From the NCBI GenBank assembly GCA_965287045.1, contig OZ336885.1, positions 61,876,001-61,940,000 of the forward strand: 64,000 nucleotides of DNA. Direction: 5' to 3'. Each line of letters starts with the position of its first letter. Position 1 is the stretch's first letter. This DNA is from Carcharhinus amblyrhynchos. Its lineage: Eukaryota. Shown in pieces: positions 23,696 to 36,468 of the stretch. Made by a program: the position numbers and the translations under genes. The notes beneath the pieces are model-generated. The model made no database searches. It saw only the letters and a list, made by a program, of their open reading frames with translations, and was not told where the DNA came from.

Positions 23696-26600
23696 TTCCT
23701 CATAATTTTCCAGAAATTCCACTTCAACATAGAAAGGAGAAGCCGTGCTAGCCGATCACTGACAATTTGACTCGACCATGGAAAATAGCTACTTGTTGCG
23801 AAATTGAAGCGCCATTGATGAAATACTGCTTCGCAGATTTGTACGTGGCCTAATAATCTAGCCATCAGCGTAGTACTTTGCCACTACCCTATTTGGATTT
23901 CAAACAGCCTTTCGAGTCAGCTTGTCACTGGAGCTTGCAGTGAAAGGAGGTCCTGAACCACAAAATACTTCATGCAACGATGTTGCCCAATTTGGGGAAG
24001 TGAGATCGTGGACGCACTCATCAATGAAGAATGTTTGTGTAAACCAAGAATTTTACGACCTTTAACGATATAGCGACACTCAAGTCACCTTTCGGTGGAC
24101 AAGACAGTAACGTCATCAATAGTATTTTGGTACATATTCCAGGTGGCGAGGTTGACATAGGCATATTGTAGGCACTTTCAAAATGACAAAGCCTCAGGGA
24201 TTGTTGTGCAACACGTTAAACATGTGTTCCTAGGAAGAATGCGTCGGACAATAACAATGCAATCCATGCACCTATCCCACCGTCCAGAGGCAGTGAAAAT
24301 ATATCTGATCTGTAACATTTTAATTAAATTTCACCACTATGATAGAATAACTAGTTAAAGAACAAAACTTCAAATTGCTGTTGGACGGGGTATCTGCGTT
24401 CTAGTTATTTTATGCCTGACGAATTAGCTTCTTCAATCAGGAAGCTATCTCCTCCGCTTGGAAGATTTGGAAGGCACTGTAGCAAGTCACGCGAGGTGAA
24501 TCGTTGTATAAAGTGTAACATAATGGCGCAAGCAGTTTATGTGCAGCAGTAAGTTCATCTCCCGCTCATTGCGATATGGGGCTTCATGACTATGTGGGAG
24601 AGATCGGCTCCAGCTGAGGGTGAATGAGAAAAAGAAAGATTTTCATACAAGATGCGGAGGACTGTAGACAATGTTTTCTCAGATAAAGCTTCGATTTTTT
24701 TTTTCAAAACTGTTTATGGAAAGTTTAACAGATGAACTTTGAACCCAGCACGACAAGTCCGCATTTCCTAGCAGGGTCGGTCCGCCTTCCATTTTGGAGA
24801 AGGGGGAAGTGAATTTGGGCGCCTCTGCCGGTGGATATAAGAAGGACCATGGAATTAGACAAATAGGCTTAAAAGCCGTCACCACTTTTTTTTTTAGCTC
24901 GAAGTACAAGTTTGTCTTTCTGAGGACTAAAATCAACTTTCAATCGGGCGTCCAAAAACAATAAGGACCCCAGTTCCCCAAATCAAAGATGAGCTATCAG
25001 GTGGGAAATTGTTGTCCTAGTTGTGCGCGGACCACACCTCCTTTGAGCTGGAAATTGACTAGTTTTCAAAGAAATATGTCACGATCGTGACGGATGCTGC
25101 AAGTAGAGCTATTTCCCCTTTACTGCTTCCTTAGTATGTGCCATCTGTGAGGAGCTACACAGAACATTGTTCAAAGGTATTAAAAAAAAAGTGCACGTTG
25201 TTGATGTGTTTGCCACTGGGGCTTTACAATAGGAACACTTTCCCAACGGTATCACTCTCAAAAACTTTTTTTTTTCTCTCAGATTAGGAGTTTTATAGAA
25301 GAGAACACAATACGTTTTCTTAAGAGGCACCTTAATATATTCGAGATACCAAATAGAAAGTCAAGCAGATGCATCCGGTGAAGGACAGGTCAAATACCTT
25401 CAAAGATCCGCGAACTTCATGAAAGACCACGAAGTAAATCTCGTTCCTGAGATAAGCCAATTATTAATGAAGAATAAGAAAATCATTTGTTTTTGTGCCG
25501 CTCCCACGAATGCAGACATGTCTACTGCCGCGCCCAACCCCCAAAGGCCACAGGTCAATGTCTTATTTGCAAGATACTGGAAATGATCCTGGAAATATCC
25601 ACAGGCAGACAACTTTCCCACACTTAAACAACAATTGCTATCTCCAAAATATTTCGAAAGAAGAAAGAACTTGTTTTAACTTGTAATGCGTTCCCATCTT
25701 GGCTGGTATATTGCTGTAACATCACTGGAAATATGTGTTGGAAAAGACCAATGCGTATTCCTCCAGGACACTTCTGGAGGCTGAGAAGTTGGCAACTGGA
25801 CGGGATCACCTTTAACACTCAGATGTAAGCAGAACAATGCACATTGCCGAACACATATTCTTAAATGTATCAGATCAATTTGCCTTTGTGAGGAGTAACT
25901 TCGAAGCTAAACATTTGTCCAAATTGCATTGGTATCAAAGTCACCGCAATCCGCGCCCCCCCCCCCCCCCACATCCCCCCGACCCCAGAAAAAAAAGACT
26001 GCCAAAATGATTTACTCGGTGGCAGTGATTTGCCGAATTTGCACAGGGGACACGCCTATCCTCAGCTGCAATTGGACGAATTTCCCCGAAATGTGTGATG
26101 ATCAACACACATAAGGGATGCTACGAACATATCCATAGATCATTAGGGCTATTGTCTTCACCATCTTTCCAAGAGATATAAAACACATTATTTAAGTGTT
26201 CACACAGATGCTAAAGCACTTATATGACTTATTGGTCACGGTGACTTCACAACTGGGACGCCTGGTCAACCTAAATGTCGACTTACATAGGATTTTCAGA
26301 TCAGCAGTTTGTCTGAAGTGAAGGATGTGAGTTTTTCAAGCAGCTGGTGCGATGAATACCGGCTACATCGTAGAAAGGCAAGCGGAAAGATCGAGTAAAG
26401 GGTAAGTTAATGCCTTCAAAGAAGAACTTAGCATCTGGAAGCCGACAAAGTAAAATAAATTCCTGGGGCTCCTGAATTATCATTGACATTCATCCCAAAT
26501 TTGGTTTGAGAACCTCGGTCTCCCCTACCCCAACCAGGGCGCGCATCGGCTGTTTGCAAGATCCGAGATCTGTTCCTGGTAATATTCGCAATTTTTAAAA

Positions 26601-29559
26601 TTAAACGTCATATTCTGTCACCCAAGATCGGGGCTAATTTCAACTGGCGAGGAACTTACATTAATTTATGATGCTTACCTATAAGCGGTCTGCGCCACCT
26701 AGCTTGAAATATGGTCCGCACATTCCCAGTTTATTTGCCTCAGGAACACGTCTACCTGTGTTGCACAATTATGATCTAAATGAGTACTAATGGTTGGCAG
26801 TTGTATTTATCGTGAAGATGCACCATCAATACATCTATGGATGATTTTTCATCGCTTCTGATCTTAAGCTCCATTAGTCATTTTCAAAAATGGCAAAGCA
26901 TTTCACCCCATTGTGCATACTCGAATACAACACTGTATACTGTTATTGGGGGCCTACGAACGGCTTCCGAAAAAAAAACTTTGTAAACCCGGACTTCTCA
27001 TGCGCATTGCTGTCTCCCACACAGACATCATGGTACGCTTATTGGATATGGAAGAAGTTGTGATCGCTCTGAACATTTGGAAGCTATACCTGCTACATCA
27101 TGACAGATTATAGCTACGATACAAAGACATCCAACCATATGCCACATCGTCGTATGTAATAGATCCCCAGGGCGTCCAAAAACGTGTACCTCTACGTTAT
27201 TAAACTAGTGTTGAGGATGGAGCCACTATTTGACCGTCCTGAGTAATTGCTCAGGCCGCAATATTATTTCTAATAATGATAGAGCTACATATTGGCAACA
27301 GAGTGTCGGGAAATGAAACAAGGTTGTCCGGAAGTTAACTCTGATAGCTCGGTCCTCACTATGTCATTAACCATTTGGTGAAGCGATATGACCTGTGACA
27401 AACCAAACCTTATCATACCGACGCAGTTGCGAGTGAGCTGACAGACCATGGATGGAAGTACATGCGGAAGTTGCAGACAGCTTATTAGGATTTAAGCCTT
27501 TAATCACGATGCAGTACACTTCAAATATATGGATGTGCACTTCATACGGACTACGAATTTCTGATTGTGATCTAGAAGTTATGGCAAACCTTCAGCTATA
27601 TGGACTGCCGAAAGTCACGTTTTCTGATAACAGCAAGGCAATACCTGCGGAAAAGTTGACAACCTGTTGCTACGCAACGGTAATTGACACCTTCGCCCAT
27701 CACATCACATTCGTCACACAAAAGATAGGCGGATCAGATAACATAAAGATTATTGAAGTGTAATGAGGAAGCAATGAGCATCATACATGGAAAGTGAATT
27801 GACAGCAGGCATAACGTGAGCTGTTGCTCCAGTGCATCTACTATTAGCCGTAAAGCGTCATCCCAGATTGAGCCTGCTATTTGTGAACTTCGAGACAGTT
27901 GGGAATGCCAGCAGGAAATATAGAATCGAAATTACGGGCAGAATTCGCTGGCCACGCTGGGCCAAAAAATGGAAGTCCTCACCCGGCCTACAAAGGTGGT
28001 TCACATTTTCTAATCCCCCCGATAGAATTCCAGTTCGAGTGGATAGGGACAATTCTGGCCTATAATAATGCACGGACAGGAAGATTGTTTACAATGGGTG
28101 ATCTGTTTCACGAGAATAATTTTTGATATTGTCACTGATGGGTTCCTGGGATGGTAGTGAATAAACGGGACCGATATATAAAAAGGTGAATGTCCATTGT
28201 AAACTTGAAAAAAAAGAATAACACAGAATTAGGGATTCTCTGCCCTAGTACATCCCAAAATGTTCATTGAATTAGACGCTACCAGCGTCAGCCTCAGCTC
28301 TAACTTGGTTCCAAAATAATCCCTATGGCTTTTGAAGATATGAACTGAGAAATAAAGGTGGAGAAGGGAGACTTATTTGCTGTTGTGGAACTTATGCAGG
28401 AGCCCACATCGATAACTCCCCCTTCTTCTTGAAAGTAAGGACCTCTTTGGCATTGTGCAACCTTATATTTGAAGAAAGACAGATGAAGAGCAAAGCGATA
28501 TGAAGTACCTTTTAATTTTGAGTGTGCTCCGAGAGACGCAAACTCCAGCGAGGAGGGATCGCTACGAATGTCTCGGTGATCATCGGCAGATGTTCTTCTG
28601 AAGTTTGAAGAGAAGTAGCTGCTTTATTGTGCGAATGTTTTTTCGCCCTATCGAAAGTGGTCTGCACGGGTCTATCAAATCTGCTGCTCTGAGGCAATAG
28701 CTTTCGATGTCCCGAGGCAACGAAAACATGACTCTAGCCAGCAGGCGTGTGCCTTTGCTTTAGTGGACAATGAGGGGCTTTGGTATCAGGAAACTGGCGT
28801 TGAATATTTTAATTCTACTCATTCGTCATCCAAAAGCGTCATGTTGAAGTGTTTCATCTCTGTATCCAGGTTAAGTCATTTGAATACGTGTTATTGAATT
28901 AATAATCCTTCTCCAAGTGAAACAATTGTTCCTTTTTTTTACTCCGCAAATATTTCACGGCATCGTTGTTGCTTCCAGTTCAATGCCTTGATTCTTTTAA
29001 TTGAATAAAACAAGTTGACTAAAACCTTCACATATCTGTAGCTCTTGAAGCATGACAGATTTGTCTTTTGTTGTTTTAATCCCAAATAAATTGATTCGAA
29101 AAGAAATCCAAATCTGTGCAGTCTAACAGATGCATTTACTTGTGATAATTTTCCGCCCAAAAAAACTTTTAGATAAACAATTTACGGTTTCAAAATTGGA
29201 GCAACAATGCATACAATGTTGAGACAGCTTGGATAGGAAGGACGCAGAACAGTTAATCGACGTTGGCAATAAAACGGTTTGGCCGAACATGTTAATAGTA
29301 AAGTTTACATTATTCAGATCCGTGATTGTGCTCAGGTAATTGAACAACATACTGCTGACAAATTTATCTGGTGACTGCAAACTTCTTAAATTGTTATACT
29401 GTATTAATCTGGATGAGGATCTGCATGGTCCACACAAGACAAAAAGCAGGGCACTGCAATATCTGGGAATCAGAAATAAAAACGGATAATGTTAACAAAG
29501 TTTATTTATTGATTTTACAACTGACTTTCATTAATACTGCTTTGAAGTTACTGCGAACT

Positions 29560-29815
29560 TCCCTCAGTTGGTACACTCTGGCACTTGCATACCTATACTG
29601 AGGGAGAATTGACTATAGAAATGCACGTCTTTCGGATGGTGTATTGGGGGCTGGGGGGGGGGGTGGCGGTGGCGGGGTGCGGATTAGAACACACGGTTGA
29701 AACGCACAGTAATATGCATAGAACAGATAGAATAGACACAGAAAGATTCCCAAGTTGGGAATGGAACCTTGGTTCCTATCGCTGTAAGACAGCACAGCTA
29801 ACAAATGTGCCACTT
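29560..29815 (-). mobile_element. Degenerate V/HE1-like SINE
   Basis: cacgtctttcggat...attagaacacacggttgaaacgcacag...ggaaccttggttcc...cagctaacaaatgtgccac. Confidence 0.6.
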
Positions 29816-31589
29816 GAAAATATAAGTTCTGCACAAGGAGCGTTACTTAACGTGTTCCAGGAAAAAAAATAGGAAGTCCAAATATTATTGTGCTTCTTTC
29901 ATCACGGATGCTTTTGGAGCTCTTGTAATTATGTTCTCATATTACCAGATTTGTGCCAGGACTTCTGGGGTTTACGCTAGCACAATTAATCATAGTTGAA
30001 ACAGTTCGCTTACTGAATATTGACATTCACATTTTGGTACTCACCCTCTATTTGCTTTTTGAAATCTGGACCTTTTAGCGATGCTTAAAGGTGGAATTAA
30101 TTTGATTTCAATTAATATATCCGTAACGTGAATAGTAAGTTTTGCATTTTGAATATGGCCAGAGGAAATGTTGACTTTGCTTACCATCTGTCTGACGATT
30201 TAGCTGATCATCTGAAGAAAGCAATATATTTTAAGCAGGATTAATTTACGCTGTATAATTTATTTTTCATTGACAATCGTGGAAAGGCGATTCATGAATG
30301 TGAAAGAAATGCAGATTCACATGATTTATCGCTGCATCCAGTGCAAAAGATTGTAATACATTGCTGACGATGGACATTGACTTGGTTGTGTGACTCTATC
30401 AGTAATTAAGAATTTGATCCAAAATTTCTGGGGAAACGGGCTTTTAATGAATTATCATATGAAATTAAACAGCTTTTTTTTATTTGTGTGACGGCAGTGA
30501 TCAACCTTTGACCATTACTGTAAAAATACATTAGTTGCGTCGATGACTTAATGCAATATAAATAAACCACCCGTATCAGGTCTCTGATGAATCTGAGTGA
30601 TTGAGCAATGGACGCTACTCCCCAATGGATGGGCATGACAGGAAGTTTAATCATGTATGGGCTACAGCTGTTCAAAATGATAGCAAGTGGCACCTTCCAT
30701 GTAAAAATAATCAATAGAACAAATCAGTTCCAAACAAAATGTGAGTAATTGTTTATGTGGTGAGTTAAAGTTGAAAGCGTTGAATGTATGCCATCGATTT
30801 TCATAATTTAATTCGGTTAATCTCGACTATTTAAGTAAATCAAGCCATCAGTTCTGCGGAAATAATGGATGGGTATGATCACATAAACTAATATGACAAT
30901 TTAATGCCACACTGAGCGATGAGAATGTACGTCTACACTAACATGATACGACAATACCACACTGATCAATTGCCGAATTTCAGGTAACACGTTCGACAGT
31001 GTCCATACCCGGTGCTAGGCCAGAATATTTTAAAGAAAACGTTAAAAGTCCAGTTGATTATCATAGCTGGAAATAAATGCTTTTAGGGGTTGGCGTGGAT
31101 TGGACAATTAAAACATTTCAAAAATGCGTGGCTAACTTAAAATTCTGTATCGTTGTCCGGCACAGAGGTGCAGGGACATTTGGCAGATTTTGACTTTCAA
31201 GGGAAGTTGTAGACAATATTAAATCGAAGAGAGAGTTTTCCACACTGGTCGTAGCAAAAACAAAAAAAAATGCCAGCCTTCCTGAGTAATTAGAGCGGAT
31301 TCCACATAGGCAAAGAGGACCAATGTTTCGATTAAGATGCAGGAAATAAAGTGCGACAGCAAGATACCAGTAACATGAAAAAAAAGGGTGTAAATTTTCT
31401 ATCAGCGCGTGCAGAGAAAATAATTGGTCAGGCAATATAGGTCGCTTACAGTCGGAAAGATTGAATTACATAATTGGGACCAAATACAAGGCTAACAGAC
31501 TGCATATGTCATTTGTCCAATCGTCACAAATGAGAAATCACATCGCATCCCAGGAACGTTGTGGAAGACAGGATACTGAGATGCGATGT

Positions 31590-32300
31590 GATTTGATTTG
31601 ATTTGTTATCCTCTCATGTAATAGTGGACAGTGAAAAGTATTGTTTCTTGCCTGCTATACGGGCAACTCAACATTCATGCAATTAATAGGGGAAAACGAA
31701 AGACGAGGGTGTATACTATATTGTTACAGTCATAGATATGGTGCCGGGATGTAAGGACCATTCAATAGTCCGACGGCACGAGGGAAGACACTGTTTTTGA
31801 GTCAGTTGTTCCGGGCTCTCAAAATTTTGCACATTTTTTTTAGAACAGAGAATGTTTATGGTATGCGATTTTGAATTGCGTCGACAGCTTTTCCCAGGCA
31901 GAGGTAAATGTCGAGAGACTGAATGAAGCGGAGGCTTAATCGCATGATGAACTTGACTATGTTCCCAACCTTTTGTCAATTCTTGAGGTTTTGGACGGAG
32001 CAGGAGCCAGACCATGCTGCCACACAAACGAAAAAAAAATGCTTCTTATGCTGCACCAGTAAAAATAAATGAGTTGTGATGGACCTGCAGGATTTTCTAT
32101 TCCTCCTGAGAAATTCGAGGTGATCGCGTGCTTTCTGAGCGTTCTGGCACCAGGACTTTTTTTTTTGGATAACTTGTTCTCCAGAATCTTGAATCTCCCG
32201 ACCATTACCATTTCATCCCCTTGTCCATGTATTTTGTGCTATATTCTCCACTACGCTTCATTAAGTGGATTACTAATCCGTCCGTTTTACTGATTTTGAG
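31590..32300 (-). mobile_element. Rex1/Babar-like LINE 3' fragment
   Basis: ORF 31957-32211 VMVGRFKILE...YFYWCSIRSIF...VWQHG; ARDHLEFLRR (cf. AQQRLYFLRR); (gattt)n tail. Confidence 0.7.
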
Positions 32301-32329
32301 AAACAGGTTACAGGACTTCATCAGATTCT

Positions 32330-32740
32330 CAGGGAAATTGTTGTAACCATCAACATTAGAGGTGTGCTGCAGAAGGGGATGATATTGAATGTACGTAAAT
32401 CGTCAGGGATAGATAAGCATATTACTTAAGAACGTGGCCCCGGAAATATAGCATATATTTGCTGTTATTCTTCAGAACTCGTATAGAATGGGTGGTATGT
32501 ATTATTACCCATTAGTTAAACACGAACAAAAAAGGAAAAAGAAAAAAAAATGTAAATCAGCGTTAAAAAAATGCAGGTTTGGTATTGGCCATTATGGAGA
32601 ATGGGATCGAAGGCTCTGGAGGAGGTTGGGATCAAGCTGCTGAGTTGACTGATTAGCCATAACCAAACTGAATGAAAAAGAACAGGATGGCTTCAAGGGC
32701 CAAATGGCCGAATGCTGCTAATATTTTGTGTCTGGCTATA
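32330..32740 (+). mobile_element. CR1 fragments (deleted), including the 3' end
   Basis: tcagggatagataagcatattac...taagaacgtggcccc and ggcttcaagggccaaatggcc tail motif. Confidence 0.6.
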
Positions 32741-32944
32741 TTTCCGCGACAGACACATGGAAAAAAAAAACCTTTATCATGGTTAAGCACAGCAAGGATC
32801 TGAGAACGCATTTCAGTCCACGGCGACGTTCCTGATTTGCAGCACATGTTCAAATGATTGGGTGCCGAACTTCTTCTGAGGATTCACATTTTTTGTTGAA
32901 CAAAATGAGCTACTCGAGTTATCGCGGCATGTCTATGACTCTGT

Positions 32945-33003
32945 TTGTGTGCGTGTGTGCATATGTGTGTGTGCTCGCGCGCAAGCGCATATGCGTGTGT
33001 GCC

Positions 33004-33047
<44 letters not shown>

Positions 33048-33073
33048 TGTGTGCCTTTGTGTGTGTGTGTGTG
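32945..33073. repeat. (GT)n microsatellite
   Basis: Visible directly. Confidence 0.95.
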
Positions 33074-33576
33074 AGCGAAAGGATGGAAAGAGAGAGTAAG
33101 GCACTGTGGGAATGAGGGTCGTGGGCTGGCCTAGCTTTAATGCTGTCATGCATACATGCGAATGATGACAGAGCAGCAAAGTCCGCGATGGTTTTTCGCA
33201 GATTCCCTTCTTGTTGAAATTCAAATCTGATGCAGGAGTAGTCACGGTTTGATCCTAAATTAAAATCGCCAACAACTGCTGAAACAACGCTTCGGTTCGC
33301 ACAAGGATAAACAGAAATTGATGCATTGCATGTTTAAAAAAATCTTAGCGTCCAAAGCAACATATAATATTGAGCCTATTTTCCAGGCTCGCCAACCGGA
33401 CGCGTGTCTGAGGAGTCGGGAAAATCACAAGGTAACCGAAAAAGAAAACTTTCTTCACCCTCGGTATCTAAACTGTTCTGATACTACTGGCCCTGTGATG
33501 ACGTCGTGATCAGCCCCGGCCCGGGAAAGGAGAATGCATGGCAACAATCATTAACGTTGAGTTTAAATATCATTAG

Positions 33577-33912
33577 TGGCGGCAAGGTGGCACTGATTAG
33601 CACTGCTACCTCAAAGCGTCATGGACCCAGCTTCAATTTAAGACTTGGGTGAATATTTGGATTTTGTATATTCTCCCGGCGTCTGCATGGGTTTCCACTG
33701 CACTCTCCGGTTTCCTCCCACTGTCCACAGATGTGAGTGGTAGGTTGATGTGCATGCAAAGTGGCCCCTTAATTTCCCAGGAGGTTTCTTTTTAATGCCG
33801 ATTGGCCGCATAAATGCGTGGGGTACAGGGATAGGACGTGTGTGGGATTGATGTCAAATCAGGTTTGATGGCCCGAACGGACTCTTCCTGCGCTGAAGAG
33901 ATTCTATGACTC
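33577..33912 (+). mobile_element. tRNA-derived V/HE1-like SINE
   Basis: Head ggcggcaaggtggcac...ttagcactgctacctca, V core ttctcccggcgtctgcatgggtttcc...tccggtttcctcccac, CR1-like tail ending gattctatg. Confidence 0.88.
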
Positions 33913-35699
33913 TAGTGAGAGTAGTGAAATCGTTTGGGCTCATGTATTTTAACCATAGTGCAAGTGTAGGTCCGCAACGATAGGATCTATTATGGAACCC
34001 ACCTAAGGGTAGGAGAGGATAAGGCTTGTGCAATCTGCAAACCGGAACGACTGGTTGGTAATCTTCTGTATGAGGCGTCGATTTTCTGATTGTCCAGGGC
34101 AGACCACGCTGGGGGATGTTTAGAGTTCATATCTATCTCCTGGGCTTAGTGACATACCCTCTCCGTTTGTTGTGCACGTTTGTACAAAGAACACTGAGAA
34201 ATAAGTGGACATGTGCAATATTATCCTCGACCGTTTTCTGCCGGCTTCCATTTGTACCTAGATTCTGTCCACTACCCGTCATAGCCTGAACGACAATTTG
34301 CCTTTTTTGAAATAGGTGACATATGGTTGTGCCCGAGATCTATTCAAAAAATGGGCGTGATTTTTTTTTTCCGTTTTCGTGCGTGGTTTGCACTTTGTTT
34401 TTGATATAAAACACTCCCTTTGTCTTCACCTTTCTCTCTTAGGGCTGTTCTGAGATTGGACAAATCTGAAAATAAAAACATGATTAATTTTACGCATAGT
34501 TATGCTTTGCATTCGCGTTTGCTGATGTTCTATTTACTAAGACTATGTTCACCGGTTTGCTTGTTTCCTCAACGTGTGGTTACACTTGTCAAGACATTAC
34601 TTGACATAAGTTGGCTTTCCATTATGCTATATAATTTGTTTCTTATTTGTTGCCTCTGTATTTGACATTCTCATTGATATTTCCTTCACTCACTTCCTGT
34701 AAAAAACATTCACTGGGGATATTACGCTTTTGTGTCTGAATGAATCTTTTTGAAACACTTTTGTTGCGTCATGCTATTTTAATCAGCCAATGCGATCGGG
34801 TCGGTTGCGAATTAGTTGTCCTGTTCAGTTCAGCAAACTTTCATCCGATGACAGTAACAATACGTTGACATCCACCTGTTCCACAACATTCCAGCATGTT
34901 TGATTTTATAATTTGGTTTTAAATGGTTGCAACATTTTCTTTTATATTTTTTCCTTGAATAACCTGAAAGTATAAATATTCAGCTCGGGTCTGTCTACCG
35001 AGTATTACAATCTCCCCCTGTATTCTTATTAGACAACACCAAATGAACAGATCTCTCTCAAATGCAATCCGCGCAATTGCTGAAATAAGCAGTTGTTAAT
35101 TAAGTTGTGTAATATACCGTCATATTACCGGCTGCCAGCGTAACTGGAAATTCAATGTCTAATGAATGTAAAGACATCCTTTGGAAAAAAAAACGGCGAA
35201 ACAACAGTTTGTCACACTGACTGGATGTTCACTCACACTAAATTGACAACAAGGCCACTTTTCAAACACATGGTTCAACTTTCTCTGTATTGATCACTGT
35301 CCATTACTGTAAAGACTGCTTAACGCCAATCCTCTTTCGACATCACAAGCCCACAAACTACAAACATGAAATAAAGGCCGAATTGTGACAACTCTTCACT
35401 AGTTTTTGTACAAGTATTTTAAGTTTCAGTCTATTTATTGGTTTACGCCCCAAAACAGCAAGTTTAACTTTAAATATAATGCACAATAGAAAGATTCAGG
35501 GCCAGAAGTATGCGAGTATAAATTTGGGTCCCATGACACCGAGAAACTGTGGATGTCCTGCATCATTTGAACGTGCATTGGGCAAACATATTTTCAGGGA
35601 ATCATTGTATACTAGTTTGGTGCGCACAAATGCATTGGGGATCGGTCGCATAATCGTGAATGAATGTAGCAACGGTGTCTCAGATTGATGAACTAAAGT

Positions 35700-36290
35700 G
35701 CCGTAGACATTAACAGTACGGAGACAAGCCCTTCGGTCCAACTTGTCAATGCCTTCCTTTTGTTGAAAACCCGAAGCTACTCTCAATTTCCCGCATTTGG
35801 CCCATAGCCCTCTGTACTCATCTCACCGATGTAAGTGTCTAAATGTGTTTTAACAGACAAAATTGTACCCGCGTCTATTACTAACTGTGGCAGCATGCTC
35901 CGGACACTTACCACCCTCTGCGTGCAAAAAGAGTCCCTCTGGACACTTCTGTATCTCTCTCCTCCCATCTTAATTTTTTGCCCTCTAGTTGTAAGCTCCC
36001 CTATTTTGGGGGAATGGTATTGACTGCCTAGCTGATTTATGCCCCTCCTTACTCTATAGACCTCTCTAAAGTCATCCCTCAGCCTTCTACTCTCCAGAGA
36101 ATAAATTCCCAGTCTATCTAGCCTCTCCTTACAACTTAACTCATCAAGTCTTGGTTTATCCTGACAACTCTTTTCTAGGTTAATAATATTCTTTCTATCA
36201 TAGGGTGACCAGACCTGTACACAGCATTCCAAGTATGACCTTACCGATGCCTTGCACAACTTCAGCAAGAACAAATATTCCCAAAACATG
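35700..36290 (-). mobile_element. CR1 LINE 3' fragment
   Basis: RSYLECCVQVWSPYDRKNIINLE...ERLDRLGIYSLESRRLRDD...FCTQRVVSV. Confidence 0.92.
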
Positions 36291-36321
36291 ACACTGTTTG
36301 ATTCTCCTGAGCCCACGGAAA

Positions 36322-36468
36322 NNNNNNNNNNNNNNNNNNNNNNNNNNNNNNNNNNNNNNNNNNNNNNNNNNNNNNNNNNNNNNNNNNNNNNNNNNNNNNN
36401 NNNNNNNNNNNNNNNNNNNNNNNNNNNNNNNNNNNNNNNNNNNNNNNNNNNNNNNNNNNNNNNNNNNN
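36322..36468. other. Assembly gap (147 N)
   Basis: Run of N. Confidence 1.

Larger units (their letters stand above)
22791..28560 (+). mobile_element. Ancient Gypsy (Mag/K02A2.6-like) retrotransposon relic with gag-pol collinear
   Basis: Candidate PBS TGGTGACAGGA (22791); gag traces EEDFIQYTE (~22930), EILLRRFVRGL and LDFQTAFRVSLSLE (~23820-23940), Zn-knuckle trace (~25010); NGITLK (PR region); INTHKG (RT, ~26100); LAVVFIVKMHHQYIYG and RIQHCILLLGAYE (RNase H); YGLPKVTFSDN (IN); WVPGMVV (GPY/F). Confidence 0.8.

Noticed and set aside
32854-33245. CV- and TH-repeat ORFs
   Set aside because: Translations of a (GT)n microsatellite
33577-33650. tRNA gene
   Set aside because: tRNA-derived SINE head continuing into a V core and CR1 tail; no intact cloverleaf
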